DNA of 64,000 nucleotides from an uncultured Oscillospiraceae bacterium (GTDB lineage Bacteria; Bacillota; Clostridia; Saccharofermentanales; UBA5734): NCBI GenBank assembly GCA_963827665.1, contig CAWHBQ010000003.1, positions 90,405 to 154,404 of the forward strand, read 5' to 3'. Shown piece by piece: positions 60,555 to 64,000 of this stretch (position 1 is its first letter; each line of letters starts with the position of its first letter). The notes under the pieces were generated by a model. It saw only the letters and a program-made list of their open reading frames with translations, ran no database searches and was not told where the DNA came from. The position numbers and the translations under genes were made by a program.

Positions 60555-60642
60555 CGTCGTTACTTAATCGTTGTTCCGTCGTTGCTTAATCGTTGTTCTT
60601 TTGTTGCTTAGCAGTTGTTCTTTTGTTTCTTAGTCGTTGACT
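60555..60642. repeat. 22-bp tandem repeat, 4 degenerate units, between citrate synthase and lacI
   Basis: cgtcgttacttaatcgttgttc / cgtcgttgcttaatcgttgttc / ttttgttgcttagcagttgttc / ttttgtttcttagtcgttgact. Confidence 0.85.
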
Positions 60643-62012
60643 TCGGACAGATCCTCACGGCCTTCTATCGCGACATAGGGGCGGCGTTTCTGGACGCATT
60701 TATAAGCCGGACGGATGATTCGGCCGCCGCTGACGAGTTCTTCGATGCGGTGGGCGCTCCAGCCTGCGATGCGGGCGACGGCGAAGATCGGGGTGAAGAG
60801 TTCCGGGGCGATGTTAAGCATGTCATAGATGAAACCTGAGTAGAAGTCGACGTTGGCGCAGACAATCTTGTCGCTTTTCTTGAAATCACGGAAGACTACA
60901 GGTGCCAGACGCTCGGTCAGCGTATACAGCTCGTATTCGTCTTCACGGCCAGCTTCGTAAGCCAAAGCCCGCGCATAGTCGCGCAGCAGTTTGGTACGCG
61001 GGTCCGAGACGGTATAAACTGCATGACCGACGCCATAGATCAAGCCGCTTTTGTCATAAGCTTCTTTTTTCAGGATGCGGGTCAGGTAGTCCCTGATTTC
61101 GCCCTCGTTGCGCCAATTTTTGACATTGGCAGCAAGATCCTGCATCATCGTGTACGCTTTGCCGCTGGCACCGCCGTGCTGCGGGCCTTTGAGCGAGCCA
61201 ATCGCAGCAGCAATGACAGAATACGTGTCGGATCCGGATGAGGATACCGCATGGGTGACGAAGGTCGAGTTATTACCACCACCGTGTTCAGCGTGCAGGA
61301 CCAGAGCCAAGTCAAGGATGCGGGCTTCGAGTTCGGTAAACTGGCCATCGGGACGAATCATGTAAAGCAGATTCTGGGCGGTGTTATAGTCAGGACGCGG
61401 GGCATGCAGGAACAGGCTTTCCTTGTCGACATAATGACGTTTGGCCATATAGCCATAGGCGACCATGACTGGGAAGCGGGCGATCAGTTCGATAGACTGG
61501 CGCAGGACGTTCGGGATATCGATCGCATCAGCATTATGGTCGTAAGAATAGGAAGCCAGCACTGAGCGGGCCAGCTTGTTCATGATATCCGGGCTCGGCG
61601 CCTTGAGGATCATGTCTTCGGTAAAATTCGGCGGCAGATCGCGACAAGACGCAAGCAGTTCCTGGAACTGGTCCAGTTGAGTCTGGGTCGGCAGCTCGCC
61701 AAAGATCAACAGATATGCGGTTTCTTCAAAGCCATAACGGCGTTTTTCATAGAAGCCGCTGACAATATCATCGATTGACATGCCACGGTAGAACAGGCGG
61801 CCTTCGACGGGAATGCGGTCATCCTCATCGATAATATAGGAGAAAACATCCCCGACTTCAGTCAAGCCGACCAGGACACCTGTGCCGTCTTCGTTGCGCA
61901 AACCGCGTTTGACACTGTATTTTTCATAAAGGGTCGGATCGATACGGGCTTTGACTGCTGAATTTTCAGCCAGCTGCTGGATGATTTTCTGTTTTTCGCT
62001 TTCTTTGAGCAT
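60630..62012 (-). CDS. gltA: Citrate synthase
   Basis: LHAEHGGGNNSTF, GPQHGGA, GVGHAVY, NVDFYSG, RIAGWSAH, IIRP. Confidence 0.93.
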   Translation of the reverse strand: MLKESEKQKIIQQLAENSAVKARIDPTLYEKYSVKRGLRNEDGTGVLVGLTEVGDVFSYIIDEDDRIPVEGRLFYRGMSIDDIVSGFYEKRRYGFEETAYLLIFGELPTQTQLDQFQELLASCRDLPPNFTEDMILKAPSPDIMNKLARSVLASYSYDHNADAIDIPNVLRQSIELIARFPVMVAYGYMAKRHYVDKESLFLHAPRPDYNTAQNLLYMIRPDGQFTELEARILDLALVLHAEHGGGNNSTFVTHAVSSSGSDTYSVIAAAIGSLKGPQHGGASGKAYTMMQDLAANVKNWRNEGEIRDYLTRILKKEAYDKSGLIYGVGHAVYTVSDPRTKLLRDYARALAYEAGREDEYELYTLTERLAPVVFRDFKKSDKIVCANVDFYSGFIYDMLNIAPELFTPIFAVARIAGWSAHRIEELVSGGRIIRPAYKCVQKRRPYVAIEGREDLSEVND

Positions 62013-62074
62013 GTGGTCCTCCTGCTTACGGGCTTGACAGCTGTTTCCGCTGTTCCCAATACTTTCTGTTTCAG

Positions 62075-62746
62075 TTAGCTTTCAGTATTTGTCTTGATGA
62101 CCCGGCGATAACTGTCAGCTGCATGGCTGATGTGGATCTCCATCTGTTGCCTGGCAGCGAGTTGGTCGCCGGCCAGCATCGCAGCCAGGATCAACGTATG
62201 TTCTTTGACCACTTCATCGGCACGCGCCGGATTGGCCAGGCTGATTTGACGCGACTGTCGTGTATAGTGAGCGATCGGATTGAGGAAGTTCAACAAGACA
62301 CGGCTGCCACTGGCTTTGAAAATCAAGTCATGGAAACGGGCATCCAACTGGAGCAGCGAATCGATCTGCGCATTGGCAACCATCACCCTGGCCTCGTCGA
62401 TCGTCTGCTGAAGTTCAGCAACAATCGCTGGGGTCAGATGGAGTGTTGCCTTTTCAGCGGCCATGCCCTCCATCCTGATCCGGATATCATACCAGTCCAG
62501 CAAGTCGTTCTGGTCGAGGCCTTCAACGACGACTCCTTTATTGGGTGTTGCCTTGACCAGACCGTCAAGTTCGAGCTGGCTGAAGGCCTCCCGGACGGGT
62601 GTTCGGCTGACACCAAGTTCCTGGCTGATCCGTATTTCGGTCAAGGCCATGCCCCGAGTGTAAACGCCACAGAGGATTTTCTCGCGAAGCTGGGCGTAAA
62701 CCCGTGTCCTCAGGCTGCCATGGATGGCAGGTGCAGTTGCAGGCAT
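62075..62746 (-). CDS. GntR/FadR family regulator
   Basis: LGVSRTPVREA, FCD-like FHDLI...EH. Confidence 0.93.
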   Translation of the reverse strand: MPATAPAIHGSLRTRVYAQLREKILCGVYTRGMALTEIRISQELGVSRTPVREAFSQLELDGLVKATPNKGVVVEGLDQNDLLDWYDIRIRMEGMAAEKATLHLTPAIVAELQQTIDEARVMVANAQIDSLLQLDARFHDLIFKASGSRVLLNFLNPIAHYTRQSRQISLANPARADEVVKEHTLILAAMLAGDQLAARQQMEIHISHAADSYRRVIKTNTES

Positions 62747-62752
62747 GAAGGA

Positions 62753-64000
62753 TCAGCCTTCCTTCCGGGTGAAATTGAGCAGGCCGCCAGCGAGCAGAAT
62801 CTTGACCTGTCGATCGGACAGCGGCAGGCTGGTTTCGATCGAACAGCCTTTAGACTTGTTTTGCACGATCAGGTTCTTGCCTGCGGCAAGACCTTCGATC
62901 TGTTCAGGCGCTTCGACGATGACCAGTTCATCCAACAAATCAATTGTCTCATAATCATCCGGATTGACAAAAGTCAGCGGCAAGATGCCGTTGTTGATCA
63001 AGTTGGCCATATGGATACGGGCAAAGGATTTGGCCAGGACGGCTTTGACGCCGAGCTGGAGCGGGGCAAGTGCAGCATGTTCACGGCTCGATCCCTGGCC
63101 ATAGTTGGAACCGGCGATGATGAAGCCGCCATGGTTGGCCTTGGCCCGAGCCGGGAAGTCCGGATCACAGGGCGTCAGGCAATAGTCCGCCAGGTAGGGC
63201 ACATTTGAACGGTAGGGCAGCAGCTTGGCATTGGATGGCATGATATGATCGGTCGTGATGTTGTCTTCAACTTTGATCAGGCTCTTGCCGCTGATTTGAG
63301 CTGGTACTTCGGTGTTGATCGGGAATGGCTGGATGTTCGGTCCGCGAACGACCTCGACCGTATTATCCGGCGGGGCCGGCAGGATGACCAGATTGTCATT
63401 GATCGCGAACTGGTCGGGCATATCGATGACCGGCATTTCGCCGAGATCGCGCGGATCGGTCAGGACACCGGACAGGGCGCTGGCGGCAGCAACTTCCGGG
63501 CTGACCAGATAGACTTTCGCCGAAGAAGTGCCCGAGCGGCCGTGGAAATTGCGGTTGTTGGTGCGCAGGGAAACCGCATCGGTGCGCGGCGACTGTCCCA
63601 TGCCGATGCAGGGACCGCAGGCGGATTCAAGAATCCGGGCGCCGGCAGCGATCATGTCGGACAGCGCGCCGGAATCGGCGAGCATGTTCAGGACCTGGCG
63701 CGAACCCGGGGCGATAACCAGCGAAACGTCGGGATGGACTGTCTTGCCCTTGAGGATGGCTGCAACTTTGAGCATATCCAGCAGGGACGAGTTGGTGCAG
63801 CTGCCGATCGCTACCTGATCGACCTGCGATCGGGCCGACCTCACGGACACTCGCGACGTTGTCAGGGCTGTGCGGCTGGGCAACCATCGGTTCGAGTTTG
63901 CTGAGGTCAATGGTGTAAGCCTCATCGTAGACGGCATCAGCATCCGGGCCAACTGTCGACATAGTCGTCGCCGCGGCCTTGGGCGATGAGGAATGCTCTG
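62753..64000 (-). CDS. Aconitate hydratase, 5'-truncated, with frameshifts near 63830 and 63955
   Basis: [41 protein letters not shown]; upstream residues ([17 protein letters not shown]) lie in another frame. Confidence 0.92.
   Translation of the reverse strand, partial: QSIPHRPRPRRRLCRQLARMLMPSTMRLTPLTSANSNRWLPSRTALTTSRVSVRSARSQVDQVAIGSCTNSSLLDMLKVAAILKGKTVHPDVSLVIAPGSRQVLNMLADSGALSDMIAAGARILESACGPCIGMGQSPRTDAVSLRTNNRNFHGRSGTSSAKVYLVSPEVAAASALSGVLTDPRDLGEMPVIDMPDQFAINDNLVILPAPPDNTVEVVRGPNIQPFPINTEVPAQISGKSLIKVEDNITTDHIMPSNAKLLPYRSNVPYLADYCLTPCDPDFPARAKANHGGFIIAGSNYGQGSSREHAALAPLQLGVKAVLAKSFARIHMANLINNGILPLTFVNPDDYETIDLLDELVIVEAPEQIEGLAAGKNLIVQNKSKGCSIETSLPLSDRQVKILLAGGLLNFTRKEG

Noticed and set aside
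63620-64000. Split aconitase as two genes
   Set aside because: The frames join into one continuous aconitase after single-indel corrections, in line with indel errors elsewhere in the window.

Overview
Chromosomal window from a Firmicute, probably a clostridial bacterium, with mostly 50-60% GC by eye. From left to right it holds a GT2 glycosyltransferase cluster, fur-ybhB-hpt, a LytTR regulator, glgX and a complete minus-strand type IV pilus operon (pilB-pilT-pilC-pilA-three minor pilins-pilM-pilN-pilO). The pilin and alignment part of that operon is strongly AT-rich, and the operon runs straight into a ZorA-like membrane protein with a long 11-residue-repeat tail and a weakly ZorC/EH-signature-like protein, with no ZorB or ZorD nearby. 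Next come a class II aldolase, a low-GC secreted protein preceded by a probable c-di-GMP-II riboswitch next to tRNA-Lys, an SPFH/Zn-ribbon/TPM trio and argJ. These are followed by a glutamate mutase operon ending in a P-loop/tRNA-SAD-like gene instead of methylaspartate lyase, heavily frameshifted clp and uvrA genes (probably sequence error), an inositol-type catabolic cluster split by tRNA-Glu with two matching LacI-type operators, and aconitase-gntR-citrate synthase. The best candidates for new biology are the pilus-linked ZorA/ZorC-like pair, the riboswitch-controlled secreted protein and the mutase-linked P-loop/SAD protein. All family calls come from motif recognition by eye; no searches were run.
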